NCBI GenBank assembly: GCA_963667425.1
Contig: OY763407.1
Coordinates: 2,081,142-2,145,141, forward strand
Length of the DNA: 64,000 nt
Direction: 5' to 3'
DNA from: a bacterium
Lineage (GTDB): Bacteria > UBP6 > UBA1177 > G963667425
The position numbers and the translations under genes are program-made. This document shows positions 29,414 through 38,327 of the stretch, piece after piece. The notes beneath the pieces are model-generated. The model was not told the origin of the DNA, ran no database searches, and saw only the letters and a program-made list of their open reading frames with translations. Within the stretch, counting starts at the first letter, position 1. Each line of letters opens with the position of its first letter.

Positions 29414-30468
29414 TAGACATCTCCATTTATTTTTTTTATCAGGGCACTTGTAATTTTATCAAGAGGAAGAATTTTGTCAACTCCGCCAACATCTGCAGCA
29501 ACTTTAGGCATGCCATAAACAACGGAAGTAGATTCATCCTGAGCAACATTCCATGCACCTGCATTCTTCATTGCAAGCATTCCGTCAGCACCATCCCGCC
29601 CCATACCTGTAAGCATAACACCATAAGCATTTGCTCCTACCTGCTCAGCAACAGAATGCATCATAACGTCGACTGAAGGACAATGCCCGCTTACTTTTTC
29701 ACCTTCCTGACATTTTACTATATAAATTCCGCCGGAACGCTGAACTCTTAGATGTTTTCCACCGGGAGCAACAAGAATTCTGCCTGTAAGAATTCTATCT
29801 CCATCTTCAGCTTCTTTTGCAGACATATTACATATTTCATTAAGTCTGTCTGCAAACATTTTAGTAAAGACAGGCGGCATATGCTGAACAATAACAATAC
29901 CAGGCGTATTTGAAGGAAGTTCTGTAACAACAGCTTTAATTGCCTCTGTACCTCCTGTACTTGCACCTATTGCAATAACTTTATCTGTAGATTCATAAAG
30001 AGCTTTCTGTTTTGTTCCAGATTTGTTGGTTGTATATTTTTTCTGTTTCCAGTGAGAAACGTTTGCAGTGGATGCCAGTTTAATTTTTGTAGAAAGTTCT
30101 GTTAAAAGCGCAACCAGGCCACTTGATAAATTCGTCAGAGGTTTTGGTACAAAATCTATTGCTCCTGCTTCAAGAGCATCAATTGTTATCTGTTTCCCTC
30201 TTTGTGTAAGGGAACTTACAACAACAACAGGCAATGGATACTGCGGCATTAACCTTCTTAAAAACTCAACACCATCCATTCTGGGCATTTCTATATCAAG
30301 AGTGAGTACATCAGGAGAAAGATCAACTATCATATCTCTACCCACATACACGTCAGGAGCTGTACCTACAATCTCTATTCCCGGGTCTCTTGAAAGTCCT
30401 TCCGATAATATTTTTCTTACAAGCGCAGAATCATCAATAATTAAAACTTTAACAGGAGCTTTTTTCAT
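29413..30468 (-). CDS. cheB: Protein-glutamate methylesterase / response regulator CheB
   Basis: N-terminal receiver domain (VLIIDDSALVRK) and a C-terminal methylesterase domain with GASTGGTEA and catalytic-triad regions. Confidence 0.9.
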   Translation of the reverse strand: MKKAPVKVLIIDDSALVRKILSEGLSRDPGIEIVGTAPDVYVGRDMIVDLSPDVLTLDIEMPRMDGVEFLRRLMPQYPLPVVVVSSLTQRGKQITIDALEAGAIDFVPKPLTNLSSGLVALLTELSTKIKLASTANVSHWKQKKYTTNKSGTKQKALYESTDKVIAIGASTGGTEAIKAVVTELPSNTPGIVIVQHMPPVFTKMFADRLNEICNMSAKEAEDGDRILTGRILVAPGGKHLRVQRSGGIYIVKCQEGEKVSGHCPSVDVMMHSVAEQVGANAYGVMLTGMGRDGADGMLAMKNAGAWNVAQDESTSVVYGMPKVAADVGGVDKILPLDKITSALIKKINGDV

Positions 30469-30479
30469 ATATTACCTGC

Positions 30480-31334
30480 CTACTTAAGAGGTTTTCTATA
30501 AAGAGCTGGCATTACATATTCAAATTGCGTATTTGTTCTTCCAAGAGTTTCAGAATGACCAATGAAAAAATATCCTCCAGGAATTAAATGCCTATAAAAT
30601 TTATCAACAAGAGCTTTTCTTGTTTCGGCATCAAAATATATCATTACATTTCTACAGAAAATTGCGTGAAAAGGCTTTTTAAAAGGAAAAGTAGGATTCA
30701 TAAGATTAAGCCTTTTAAAAACGACTTCCTTTTTCAAAGTTGCATTAACCTCAAGATTTTCCCCAGATGAGAGAAAATATTTATGTTTCATGCCAGGTGG
30801 AATCAATTTAGTCTTATCAAGTGGGTAAATACCTTTCATAGCCTCCTTTAAAACTTTTGTGCTTATATCTGTTGCAAGCACACCGGCATCATACATAGAA
30901 TAATGCATTCCGAAAAATTCTATCATTATCATAGCCAGAGTATATGGCTCCTCTCCAGAGGAACATCCGGCACTCCAAATTCTTACATCTTTTTCATTTT
31001 TTGCTGAAAGAGACGCTTTTAATTCAGGAAGTGCAACATTGTAAAAAAAGTCAAAATGATCTTTTTCTCTAAAGAAAAAAGTATGGTTTGTGCTTACAGC
31101 ATTTATTAATCCACTTGCAGCATCACCAGTTTTATCATTGACAACATAGTTAAAGTATTCATCAAAAGTAGTAAAATTACCCTCAAAGACTAATTTTCTT
31201 AAACGACTTTGAAGCATTCCCTTTTTTTGTGGAGGAAGGTTTATTCCAAAATTATCATAGACATACTTTGATATTTTTGTGAATTCACCATCCGTAATAG
31301 TTAATTCAGCCAAAGCATTATCAAGAAGAAACAT
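30480..31334 (-). CDS. cheR: Chemotaxis protein methyltransferase CheR
   Basis: N-terminal helical domain plus SAM-MTase fold (VRIWSAGCSSGEEPYTLAM, FCRNVMIYFD). Confidence 0.9.
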   Translation of the reverse strand: MFLLDNALAELTITDGEFTKISKYVYDNFGINLPPQKKGMLQSRLRKLVFEGNFTTFDEYFNYVVNDKTGDAASGLINAVSTNHTFFFREKDHFDFFYNVALPELKASLSAKNEKDVRIWSAGCSSGEEPYTLAMIMIEFFGMHYSMYDAGVLATDISTKVLKEAMKGIYPLDKTKLIPPGMKHKYFLSSGENLEVNATLKKEVVFKRLNLMNPTFPFKKPFHAIFCRNVMIYFDAETRKALVDKFYRHLIPGGYFFIGHSETLGRTNTQFEYVMPALYRKPLK

Positions 31335-31852
31335 TATAACCCCCTCTTTTTCCTTGTTATCAATTTAGGATACCAGTCATCACTTCTTACATTTTCAACC
31401 TTTGCAACCATTGTCTCTCCTGTAAACGTATTAAAAACAATTTTACGTCCACGAGAGCCACCGGTATCTATTCCAGCTAAAGGTATATTTTTAGACAACA
31501 GTATTTTTTTAGCAGCGTTTATGTTTTCCTGTGCCAGATTTTTTATATATCCGCTGGCAGAAGGATTTTCAGAACCTCCATAAATATAAGCCTCTATTCT
31601 GGAAAAGTTTGAAGTTTCTTTTTTACAACTTTTAATAAGACCTAAAATTGAAGGTTCAGCAAAATATGGTGTCGGAAGATCCGAATAAGAAAGAACTGGT
31701 TTTATAAAATATGACATCCCACCTGTTTTAGTAATGTAGTCGTATAATGTAACAACAATGCCGGAGCCAACAACCGAGCACATAAGCACAGGCTCTTTTG
31801 AATAGCAGATATAGCCCGGATTAATAAAAATCTTCTCAGGCAAATCGGACAT
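31334..31852 (-). CDS. Second CheD-family paralog
   Basis: GSGIVVTLYD...GGMSYFIKP...IYGGSE...IDTGGSRGRKIVF parallels the CheD signature, diverged from the 28922-29413 copy. Confidence 0.6.
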   Translation of the reverse strand: MSDLPEKIFINPGYICYSKEPVLMCSVVGSGIVVTLYDYITKTGGMSYFIKPVLSYSDLPTPYFAEPSILGLIKSCKKETSNFSRIEAYIYGGSENPSASGYIKNLAQENINAAKKILLSKNIPLAGIDTGGSRGRKIVFNTFTGETMVAKVENVRSDDWYPKLITRKKRGL

Positions 31853-31867
31853 ATGGACTCCCTAAAA

Positions 31868-34276
31868 TTAACTTGTCGTTTTTTGGAAAAAGCTATCTAT
31901 ATCAAGAATTAAACTTATTCCTCCATCTCCCAAAATTGTACAACCACTTATTGCTTCAACTTTGCCTATATATTCAGACAAACCTTTTATAACTGTCTGT
32001 TGCTGACCGATAATTTCATCAACAAAAAGAGCCGCACTTCTTTTACCTGACTCAATAACGATTATAATTCCATCTTCAAGATTTCTGCTGAAAGGCTCTA
32101 TGTCATGTAATTCATGAAGTCTTACAACCGGAAGGAGCTCCTCTCTTAAGCGGATAACTTCATCCCCATCAGGAGAAACAGTTATCTGTTTTAACAGAGG
32201 TTTATGGAATTCTCTTATAGAAAGCATTGGAAGTATATACTCCGATTTACCAACCCGAACTCTCATTCCTTCAATAATAGCAAGAGTAAGAGGAATTCTA
32301 AGAACAACACGTGTTCCTTTACCTTCAATAGATTCCACATCAACCTTACCTCTTATTTTTTCGAGGTTTTTCTTAACAACATCCATTCCCACACCACGAC
32401 CTGAAATATCAGTTATTTTTTCTGCAGTGGAAAAACCCGGTTCAAAAATAAGATTAAAAATCTCTTTATCTGTAAGCTTGGTATTTTCATCAATTATACC
32501 ATTATCTATAGCTTTTTTTAGAACTTTCTCTTTATTAATACCCGCACCATCATCTTCAACAATTATCCAAACTTCACCTTCTTCATGTTTCGCAATAAGT
32601 TTAACATCTCCTTCCGCAGACTTGCCAGAAGCAACTCTTTTTTCCTGAGTTTCAATACCATGATCAAGAGAGTTTCTTATTATATGAACAAGTGGATCGG
32701 TAATAATTTCAACAACAGTTTTGTCAATTTCGGTTTCTTCACCAAAAAGTTCAAATTTCACTTTTTTCCCAGACTTATTTGAAAGATCATGAACCAGACG
32801 AATCATTCTCTTGAAAAGACCGGAAACAGGAACCATTCTTATTGTCATTGCAGTTTCCTGAAGCTCTCTGACTATTTTTGTCATCTGCTGAGAAGCTTTG
32901 GAAAAATTCTCAAGCTCCAGACCTGCAAGATCAGGATTGTGTGCAAGCATATTATTTGAAATAACAAGCTCTCCTATCAAATTTACAAGTATATCAAGCT
33001 TTGCAATATCAACTCTAATATCCTGTCTATTGTTTATGAGTGCTTTTGTAACCTTTGTAGATGCAGCTGCTTTGCTTTTGGTTTCCTTTATTTCCTGCTG
33101 TTTTTTGAGTGCCGAATCAACAGTTTCCTTGCTTGTTTTACCAAGTTCTACAAGAACTTCTCCAAGTGGCTTTTTCTGTTCATCAAGAGCTTTCTGAACA
33201 TCATCAGGAGAAACCTTACCCATATCGACGAGTCTTTCTCCGAGAGGTTTTCTTTGCTGGCACAAAGCATCTTCTATATCTTTTCTTGAAACTGCACCAT
33301 CTTTTTCAAGAATATTGCCAAGTTTATCCGAGTTTTCCATTTCAATTGAATATCCTTTAGGAAGGATATCTTTAATCAACTCAAGATACAGATCCAGATG
33401 TTCAATATCTGAAGCATTACCCTGAGCTATATCATCTATTGTATCTTTTAGAATATCAATAAGCTGAATAAATGTCCCTGATACTTCTTTAAGCGTTGGT
33501 TTTTGAACTTCTTTCGAAGCTGTTAAAACAGATTCCATACCATGAGTTAAAGCTGTGATATCAGAAAAACCCATAAAACCTGAATTACCTTTAAGAGTAT
33601 GAACTGTTCTGTAGGCAAGATTTGTAAATTCTTTCAATTCTTCAGGAGAAGGTGCTTCTGTCTGAACTGTAAGAAAAGTTTGTTCCAGAGTTCTTACAAG
33701 ATCATTAGCTTCTGATAAAAACTGCTCAAGCATTTCTGCAGACATTTCCAGTCCAAAACCTTCAAAAGGATTCGCTTCATTTTCTTCCTGCTGTTCATTT
33801 ATAGGCGATTTAACCGCTTCAGCAGAAACAACCGGCTCAATTTTTGAATCACCACTGAGACCTGCCGCTATTGCTTTTTCGAGGATAGCCTTCATTTCAA
33901 GAGCTTTTTCCTCTATTGGCTCATCCGAAGCATTCTGCTCTATTGTATCTAATGCTTCTTTTATAAAGTCAGAAGACTGAACAAAAAGTTCAATATGGTT
34001 TTTATGTGGAGTAATTTTATTGCTTCTGATATTATCAAGTAACGTTTCAGCTGTATGAGAAACACTTTGAATATTGTTAAGCATAAGAAAGCCGGCACCG
34101 CCCTTTATAGAATGAAATGTCCTGAAAATAGAGTTAATAGTTTCTATATCAGCTTCCCCATTATCCAGTTCGTTTCCATAAGAAATAATGGAAACCTCAA
34201 GGTCTTCTATAAGTTCTCTACAGTCTTTGACAAAATCCTGAAGCAATTCGAGATTTTCAGCACTTAAATCAGCCAT
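31868..34276 (-). CDS. cheA: Chemotaxis histidine kinase CheA with tandem Hpt(P1) domains and an inserted triple MshEN/T2SSE_N-like repeat
   Basis: Two Hpt domains with His (FHSIKGGAGF and VHTLKGNSGF). Three 24-aa LGxxLxxxGxxSxxxVxxALxxQ repeats, a dimerization (P3) domain, a HATPase_c domain (N, G1, G2 boxes) and a CheW-like P5 domain. The likely true start is the ATG at 34276 (GAGGAG RBS); the ORF track starts at 34306. Confidence 0.9.
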   Translation of the reverse strand: MADLSAENLELLQDFVKDCRELIEDLEVSIISYGNELDNGEADIETINSIFRTFHSIKGGAGFLMLNNIQSVSHTAETLLDNIRSNKITPHKNHIELFVQSSDFIKEALDTIEQNASDEPIEEKALEMKAILEKAIAAGLSGDSKIEPVVSAEAVKSPINEQQEENEANPFEGFGLEMSAEMLEQFLSEANDLVRTLEQTFLTVQTEAPSPEELKEFTNLAYRTVHTLKGNSGFMGFSDITALTHGMESVLTASKEVQKPTLKEVSGTFIQLIDILKDTIDDIAQGNASDIEHLDLYLELIKDILPKGYSIEMENSDKLGNILEKDGAVSRKDIEDALCQQRKPLGERLVDMGKVSPDDVQKALDEQKKPLGEVLVELGKTSKETVDSALKKQQEIKETKSKAAASTKVTKALINNRQDIRVDIAKLDILVNLIGELVISNNMLAHNPDLAGLELENFSKASQQMTKIVRELQETAMTIRMVPVSGLFKRMIRLVHDLSNKSGKKVKFELFGEETEIDKTVVEIITDPLVHIIRNSLDHGIETQEKRVASGKSAEGDVKLIAKHEEGEVWIIVEDDGAGINKEKVLKKAIDNGIIDENTKLTDKEIFNLIFEPGFSTAEKITDISGRGVGMDVVKKNLEKIRGKVDVESIEGKGTRVVLRIPLTLAIIEGMRVRVGKSEYILPMLSIREFHKPLLKQITVSPDGDEVIRLREELLPVVRLHELHDIEPFSRNLEDGIIIVIESGKRSAALFVDEIIGQQQTVIKGLSEYIGKVEAISGCTILGDGGISLILDIDSFFQKTTS

Positions 34277-34382
34277 ACTATATCTCCTCACATACAAAAT
34301 ATGCATTTTTTAACAAACAATTATAAAAAGATGTGAAACAAAAGTAAAGTTTATAAAACAAAGAAAGCATTGTTTTAGATTC

Positions 34383-34679
34383 TCAAATACTTGTTGTACC
34401 AATAATAGACTTTTCCGATACAGAAATAAAAATTGTACCTGAAAGATTATTCTCTTCAAAAATCTTTTTAATTTCAAGATAAAGAGTATTTTTCAATTCA
34501 TCAGGATCTTCAAACTCATATTGACCTATATAAGTATTTACAGGAAGAGATTTCATCTCTCCTCCAACATCTTTTATTTTATTTGATAAACCGATTTTAT
34601 TTAGCTCTTCAATTAAGGATTCATAGCCTTCTCTATCTATTTTTTCCAAATCAAACGAAAAAAATGCAAAATACAGCAT
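34383..34679 (-). CDS. Hypothetical small protein (98 aa)
   Basis: ORF tightly packed between the M23 peptidase gene and cheA. No recognisable motif. Confidence 0.4.
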   Translation of the reverse strand: MLYFAFFSFDLEKIDREGYESLIEELNKIGLSNKIKDVGGEMKSLPVNTYIGQYEFEDPDELKNTLYLEIKKIFEENNLSGTIFISVSEKSIIGTTSI

Positions 34680-34681
34680 CG

Positions 34682-35773
34682 TTACTCCTTTACAAAAATA
34701 TTATCTACATTATGAATCATTTCTTCAAAATCTGTTTTGTTTCCATCCGAAATATGCTTATTGTAAGTTTCATGATAAACAAAAGGATTAAGCACCTTAC
34801 CAGGATTCCCTCTATTTACCTGATAATGCAGATGCGGTGCAGTAGAACGCCCTGTGTTTCCACTGTTTGCTATATGATCCCCTATTTTTAATCTCTGACC
34901 CGGTTTAACAAGAATATCACTTAAATGAAGATATTTAAGGTATTCATCTTTACCATCAACCTTTACCTCTATGCAGTACCCGTTATATTTTACCTTCCAG
35001 TTAATTCTTGTAACTTTTCCATTCTTAGTAGCATAAACATGGGTCCCTACAGGCGTTTTAAAATCTATACCTTCGTGTTTAGGCGATCTGTCCTTCAGCA
35101 TACTTGTAACCTGAATATAATCATCCATTACTTTTGGTTTAATTATTTTATCAATACAATTTCCATCTTTATAATAATATCTTGAATATTCATCCCCTTT
35201 TTCATGAAACTTATAAATAGAAATATTTCTCTGCTGTTTCTGAGAATAATATTCTACAGCTAAGATTTCTATTGAATCAGGAATATCGTTTCTTTCCCTT
35301 ATCTCTTTTTCAGAAAGAGTTTTAAAAAGAATCTTGAGTTCATCACCCTGTCTAAGATCTTTGCGAAGATCAACATCCCACACAATAAGTCTTGATACAT
35401 GTGCACTCAGAAGTTCAGCCAGATTTGGAACAGCAAGTTTTTCAGCCATTTCAGCTATTTTTTCACTATTCACAAAAGAAGAATAAAAATTATCTACAAT
35501 TGCTATTTTTGCAAAAACAGGTTCACCTTTTTCAACAACAGTTTTTTGTTCAGAAGCAATAGAAGCAGCATCACCCTCTTTTGGCTCATTTTCCTTTAAG
35601 GAAGTTTTACATGCTTCAAGCTCTGTTGACACAGATTTGATTTTTTCTGAATTGGCAGAAATTTCTGATCTTGCCATCATAAAACCGGCAAACAAAACAA
35701 TATTAACTGCAAAAGAAATCAGAAAAATAGCTCTCCATCTTTTTGCCTGAGGATTTGAAAAAAGATAACTCAT
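34682..35773 (-). CDS. M23-family metallopeptidase (LytM-like), membrane anchored
   Basis: N-terminal TM helix. M23 HxxxD and HxH motifs (HEGIDFKTPVGTHVYA; PHLHYQV). Confidence 0.8.
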   Translation of the reverse strand: MSYLFSNPQAKRWRAIFLISFAVNIVLFAGFMMARSEISANSEKIKSVSTELEACKTSLKENEPKEGDAASIASEQKTVVEKGEPVFAKIAIVDNFYSSFVNSEKIAEMAEKLAVPNLAELLSAHVSRLIVWDVDLRKDLRQGDELKILFKTLSEKEIRERNDIPDSIEILAVEYYSQKQQRNISIYKFHEKGDEYSRYYYKDGNCIDKIIKPKVMDDYIQVTSMLKDRSPKHEGIDFKTPVGTHVYATKNGKVTRINWKVKYNGYCIEVKVDGKDEYLKYLHLSDILVKPGQRLKIGDHIANSGNTGRSTAPHLHYQVNRGNPGKVLNPFVYHETYNKHISDGNKTDFEEMIHNVDNIFVKE

Positions 35774-37437
35774 TATTTTTTCCTCCTAAATAAAGCTGAA
35801 TACATTACAGAATCCGTTTCGGAAACAGCCAGCGGCCGAACCGTTTTAAAGACATCATAAATAGAATAAAGGACATTGGAATTCTGTTTTTCATAAAAGA
35901 AAAACGCATAATCAGCGGCTTCTATAGAATTCACACCTCTTATATCGTTTCTTATAATTCCTTCTTTTTTCATATATTCAAAAGAATTCCAGTTAAGACC
36001 CTCATTTCCGCCCATTATAAATATTCTTGCATTTTTTTCCGCAGTTTTATTAAGAGTCTCAACAAGATCCATAATATCATAACCCCAGAAATTTCTCTGC
36101 ATAACACTGTTTGCTGCACCCTGAGCACCACCCATTAATGCATTATAAAAAGCAGCACCTCGTTTAGCGAATTTAATGTTTGCAGGAATAACAGCAATTA
36201 TTCCAAAAACAAGAATGACCGCCGTTATTGCTCTAACATATTTTATATTAATGTTTTTCATCATTCTACTTATAGCATCACAGAGAAAAAAAGTTCCTGC
36301 AGCAATCAGAATAGGGTAACCTGTAAACCAATGTTTGATTCCGCCAAAAATAGGAACCGATGGAAGAGCTATGAGAAATATGGGAAAAAGAGCCCCCATA
36401 ATAAAATTAAAATAAACCAGACCTTCTTCATTTTTTAAATTTGCTCTAATTCTGGAAACAAACAGAGATATCGCTCCGAAAAAAATAATCAGCTGAGGCA
36501 ATGGAGTAGTAAAAAAACTCATAACCCATGGATATAAAAAAGGAAAAGGACCAGAAGCAAGTTCTTCACCAAAATAATAATTAGGATAATTTACGTGCAT
36601 TGCATGAAAATTAAGATACCATCTAAAACGTTCAAAAGTATCATACCAGAGCCATGGCCAGAGTAAAAAATAAACAGGAATTGTTACAAACACGAAAAGC
36701 CAGAAGACTAGCGGTATTGACAGAAAAAAATCTTTAAAAGCTTTACCTGGAGAAGTCTTCTTAAAAGAAACAAAATAAAATATCAGCCAATTAAAAAGCA
36801 GTAGCACAGGAATAAAAAACGCATTATGCTTTACAGCAAGTGCCGCTCCAAGAAAAATTGCTGTCAAAAAAGCAGCTTTTTTAGTTTTAACAAGAAGATA
36901 CCTGTTAAAAAGTAAAAAAGTCCCTGACCAGAAAAACATTACAGGAACATCAAAACAAGCTAAATGAGAATGAAAAAAAACATGCGGCATCGTAAAAAGG
37001 AAAAAGGGTGAAACTATTGCTGTTATTCTGCTATTAAAAAACCATATTGACATCTGATAACACAGAATTGCAAGAAAGGCAGCAAAAAGAGCTGCAACTA
37101 ATCTGATTGCAGAAGGAAGAGACAAAAGAGAAGTTTTTTTATTAAAAATATACAAAGAAAAACCGAACATATTTTTCACCAGAGCCGGATGCTCATGATT
37201 GTATTCAAAATACCTGTTAATGCTCTTTTTTGTAAAGGGTTTAAGAATATCTCCTTTTTTTAAATCTGTTTCAATTTCCTGAAACCATGCTGCCGAATTC
37301 TCAGCAGTACGCATATAAAAACCTTCATCTCGTACAAAGCCGATAAGACCTCTGGTCATGAAAATGTATAAAAATATAAAAAATGCCACCAGAAATGACA
37401 AAAAATAATCTTTTTTCTCAAATTTATTCAAAATCAT
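35773..37437 (-). CDS. GT-C fold glycosyltransferase (family 39/83-like, PMT/ArnT-type lipid-carrier-dependent)
   Basis: 554 aa, about 12 TM helices. N-terminal loop with the RDEGFY motif typical of PMT/ArnT-type enzymes, plus a C-terminal soluble domain. Confidence 0.7.
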   Translation of the reverse strand: MILNKFEKKDYFLSFLVAFFIFLYIFMTRGLIGFVRDEGFYMRTAENSAAWFQEIETDLKKGDILKPFTKKSINRYFEYNHEHPALVKNMFGFSLYIFNKKTSLLSLPSAIRLVAALFAAFLAILCYQMSIWFFNSRITAIVSPFFLFTMPHVFFHSHLACFDVPVMFFWSGTFLLFNRYLLVKTKKAAFLTAIFLGAALAVKHNAFFIPVLLLFNWLIFYFVSFKKTSPGKAFKDFFLSIPLVFWLFVFVTIPVYFLLWPWLWYDTFERFRWYLNFHAMHVNYPNYYFGEELASGPFPFLYPWVMSFFTTPLPQLIIFFGAISLFVSRIRANLKNEEGLVYFNFIMGALFPIFLIALPSVPIFGGIKHWFTGYPILIAAGTFFLCDAISRMMKNINIKYVRAITAVILVFGIIAVIPANIKFAKRGAAFYNALMGGAQGAANSVMQRNFWGYDIMDLVETLNKTAEKNARIFIMGGNEGLNWNSFEYMKKEGIIRNDIRGVNSIEAADYAFFFYEKQNSNVLYSIYDVFKTVRPLAVSETDSVMYSALFRRKK

Positions 37438-38327
37438 TGTATATACCCATTAAAAACAAAATGTCTGGCACCATCTCTTTCCGTATAAACCTGAATAGCT
37501 ACTTCGGCAGTGTTTGGCGGCAGAGAAAATTCATGAATATACATTTTACTTATATTTTCATTAACATATTCAAGAATTTGTCTGTTATCAGCAAAAACTG
37601 TAACCTTTACAGGATCTCCTTTTACAGAGTATGCTGTCGGCAAAAAAGCTGTACGTAAAACCATTTTCGAAGAATTTACAGGAACAGAGTAAACTATTCT
37701 TTTCTTCTGTCTATTTCTGGGATGAGCCCAAACTGATTTTCTTGCTGCACCTCCCATCTGTCCTACCATTTTTTCAAAACTATTCCATGAATCTCTTTTT
37801 GAACAGCTCCATTTTATTGGACTTGTAAGAATACAGTTTTCTTTTACACCTTTTTCATCAAGTAAATATGCTTCCTTTGCTTTTTCCATGTTTTTTACGA
37901 AGTCAAGTTTTGGAACAACAGTTTCTCTTTTATTTTTTGCAAGAATCACTACAGATTTGCCAAACGTTTTAGACAAAATTTCCGAAACATCATATTTTAA
38001 AGCCAAACTATTCCATTTATTTTTGTTATCAAGAACAAAAATAAATCTATCACTCTCAAATTCTCCAAGTTCATCTGCGCTGTAATCTGCAATATCATGA
38101 GATATGGATTTGATGTTGTCACTTAAATATTTTGTATACCCTATATCCCAACCTGGAATAGAAAAAACTGTATCGCCTTTTTTATAGGTTGAATTTACAA
38201 ATTCTGCAATCTGTTTCTCGACGGAATTTGAATGTCCTTCATAATCAGAAAGAAAAAGCCAGAAAATGAGAGAAAATAATGAAGCAAGAACAAAAAGGAC
38301 AGGGAAAATAAAAGGACGATATTTCAT
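37434..38327 (-). CDS. Hypothetical N-terminally membrane-anchored protein
   Basis: One N-terminal TM helix followed by about 270 aa of soluble domain with no recognised motif. 4-nt overlaps with both neighbours. Confidence 0.45.
   Translation of the reverse strand: MKYRPFIFPVLFVLASLFSLIFWLFLSDYEGHSNSVEKQIAEFVNSTYKKGDTVFSIPGWDIGYTKYLSDNIKSISHDIADYSADELGEFESDRFIFVLDNKNKWNSLALKYDVSEILSKTFGKSVVILAKNKRETVVPKLDFVKNMEKAKEAYLLDEKGVKENCILTSPIKWSCSKRDSWNSFEKMVGQMGGAARKSVWAHPRNRQKKRIVYSVPVNSSKMVLRTAFLPTAYSVKGDPVKVTVFADNRQILEYVNENISKMYIHEFSLPPNTAEVAIQVYTERDGARHFVFNGYIQ

Noticed and set aside
31334-31852. Calling the second CheD-like gene CheC
   Set aside because: The sequence follows the CheD signature blocks (LYD, GGM, IxGGxS, DTGG) rather than the duplicated CheC/FliY D/S-x3-E-x2-N-x22-P phosphatase motifs.
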